This document shows positions 62,660-64,000 of a DNA stretch of 64,000 bases, piece by piece; within the stretch, counting starts at the first letter, position 1, and the number at the start of each line of letters is the position of its first letter. The notes beneath the pieces were generated by a model, which saw nothing but the letters and a program-made list of their open reading frames with translations, made no database searches and had not been told where the DNA came from. Location of the stretch: contig CM007990.1 of the NCBI GenBank assembly GCA_002189035.1, positions 3,906,001-3,970,000 on the forward strand. The letters are read 5' to 3'. Both the position numbers and the translations under genes were made by a program. The stretch is from Utricularia gibba (taxonomy: Eukaryota > Plantae > Magnoliophyta).

Positions 62660-62998
62660 GGCCCCGTTTGGTTGAGAGTTCGGTGATATAAATTATTTAG
62701 GTATCTTTAAACCCATATTCATGGGTTTTATGTAGAAACATGTTTGATTCGTGTGTTAAAATTATTTGGATTTATCATTACATGTGTTTAGTATATTAAT
62801 TTAAGAAATAGGTGTTTATAATTAATATGGGTATACTTAAACCCACCCCCTAGATGAGTTTATATAAACCCATATCTATGGGTTATTGATTGATTTATCT
62901 AAATCTGTGAGGTAAATTTAAACTCAATAATAACCTACATACCATCAAATATTAAACATATGTATAAATCTAGTTAAACCCACAAACCAAACGAGGTC
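62660..62998. mobile_element. Tourist-like MITE
   Basis: Imperfect TIR GGCCCCGTTTGGTT / AACCAAACGAGGTC with 3-bp direct repeat TAC (62657-62659, 62999-63001). Confidence 0.7.
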
Positions 62999-63448
62999 TA
63001 CATGTGTTCACATGTATTAAATACATTTTAAAAGCTAAAATAAATATTTAATTTATCGAAATCTTATTTTAATAACCTCGAATTTAGCTCTATGAAAATT
63101 ATCATAGAATCACATACGTAAATCTGATGAACAAAGGATGATGAAAGGGAATGCTTTTTCCACATTAAATCTCATCAAATTGTGAAAACTGGAAATCCCT
63201 CCTGCCTGCCTTTTCCTGTGTTTGTTTCTCTGCTTTGTAGTCTGGTGAATTTGGATTTCTGTATTGTTGCATATGGCTGGCTTGGTTTTTATCACGTAAT
63301 GTTAAAAGTTGAAAATTGATGGCCTTTATGCTATGGCGGCCATTTCTGATTTCCCGATTCAGTCCAGTCCTTCGCACTACTCATTGATCGTGTTAGATTA
63401 GCGCCTTGTAACCAGTTGGAGATAATGGTGTTAGGTACGGATTTAGTG

Positions 63449-64000
63449 ATGAAGACAAGTACCTGGAAGCAAAAAGAGCTTGTATTTCTTGTGCTATATG
63501 CTGCCGTCTTCTACTGGATTGTAATCCGACGCTCACTCCAGCTCTCACATGGTATGGCTCTGAATTGGAGATCTGTTTTTAGTATCCCATTGTTTTGAAT
63601 GATTTTTTAAATCTCTTTATGGGATGTGAATGCTGGCAGATCATTTCTTCAAGCTTCATGGACTGCGTCCTGGCTGGATTTCGGGTCGACTGAATGTATT
63701 GCAACTTCTTTGCTGTTAACGTTCAAAAACTGTTTTCTGTTTGTGCTCAATCTGATATTTGTTCATGAAATTTATTTTTTAAGGGACAAATGCTAGTTGA
63801 TGGCATTTTTTTGTTTGTTATGTTGGTTTGAAGGGGATTTGTCGAAGTAATTGATGAGATATTTTCTATGATTGCCGTCAACGTACTTTCTTAATTCTAT
63901 CCTCTTTTCTTTTGCCTGTGCTTTCATTTCTCTGACAGTGTAGCTGAATTTTATTATACATTAGTCGATCAAAAATTATATGTACAGGATGTTTCTGATG
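63449..64000 (+). CDS. MBOAT family O-acyltransferase (GUP1/HHAT-like), first three exons; continues beyond the window
   Basis: Exons 63449-63551, 63640-63695 and 63988 onward give MKTSTWKQKELVFLVLYAAVFYWIVIRRSLQLSHDHFFKLHGLRPGWISGRLNDVSD, matching the recalled N-terminus of plant GUP1-like MBOATs. Confidence 0.8.

Noticed and set aside
63446-63563. Apparent C/D-box snoRNA (GTGATGA ... CTGA, about 120 nt)
   Set aside because: The box-C match is the MBOAT start codon context, the interval is its first coding exon plus donor site, and there is no terminal stem.
1-64000. CRISPR arrays, rRNA, tRNA genes or prokaryotic operons
   Set aside because: None seen; spliceosomal introns and plant transposon families show this is eukaryotic nuclear DNA.

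Overview
Eudicot plant nuclear DNA with no prokaryotic features, in two parts. Bases 1-28.3 kb are a compact gene island: a subclass-I SnRK2 kinase (5' truncated), an SHM6/7-clade serine hydroxymethyltransferase, an intronless EXPA13-type expansin, a BPS1/DUF793-like gene, AKR2, a p24-delta cargo receptor and MRT4. Several coding-looking but stop-riddled segments lie between these genes. Bases 28.5-62 kb are a transposon-rich block around two tandem CYP94D-like P450 genes and the upstream remnant of a third repeat unit. The block holds a Copia split across both strands, a full-length PIF/Harbinger, a hAT with a nested solo LTR, several Athila-type LTRs and a small solo LTR in the promoter of one P450. 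The window ends in the first exons of a GUP1/HHAT-like MBOAT gene. Top lead: a 35-codon uORF missed by the ORF track (3880-3987, 8 Cys in its last 18 residues), 68 nt upstream of the SHM6/7 gene, whose Arabidopsis relative SHM7/MSA1 regulates sulfur homeostasis. It is a candidate translational cysteine sensor. Exon structures and alignments were derived by hand; family names come from recalled motifs, not database searches.
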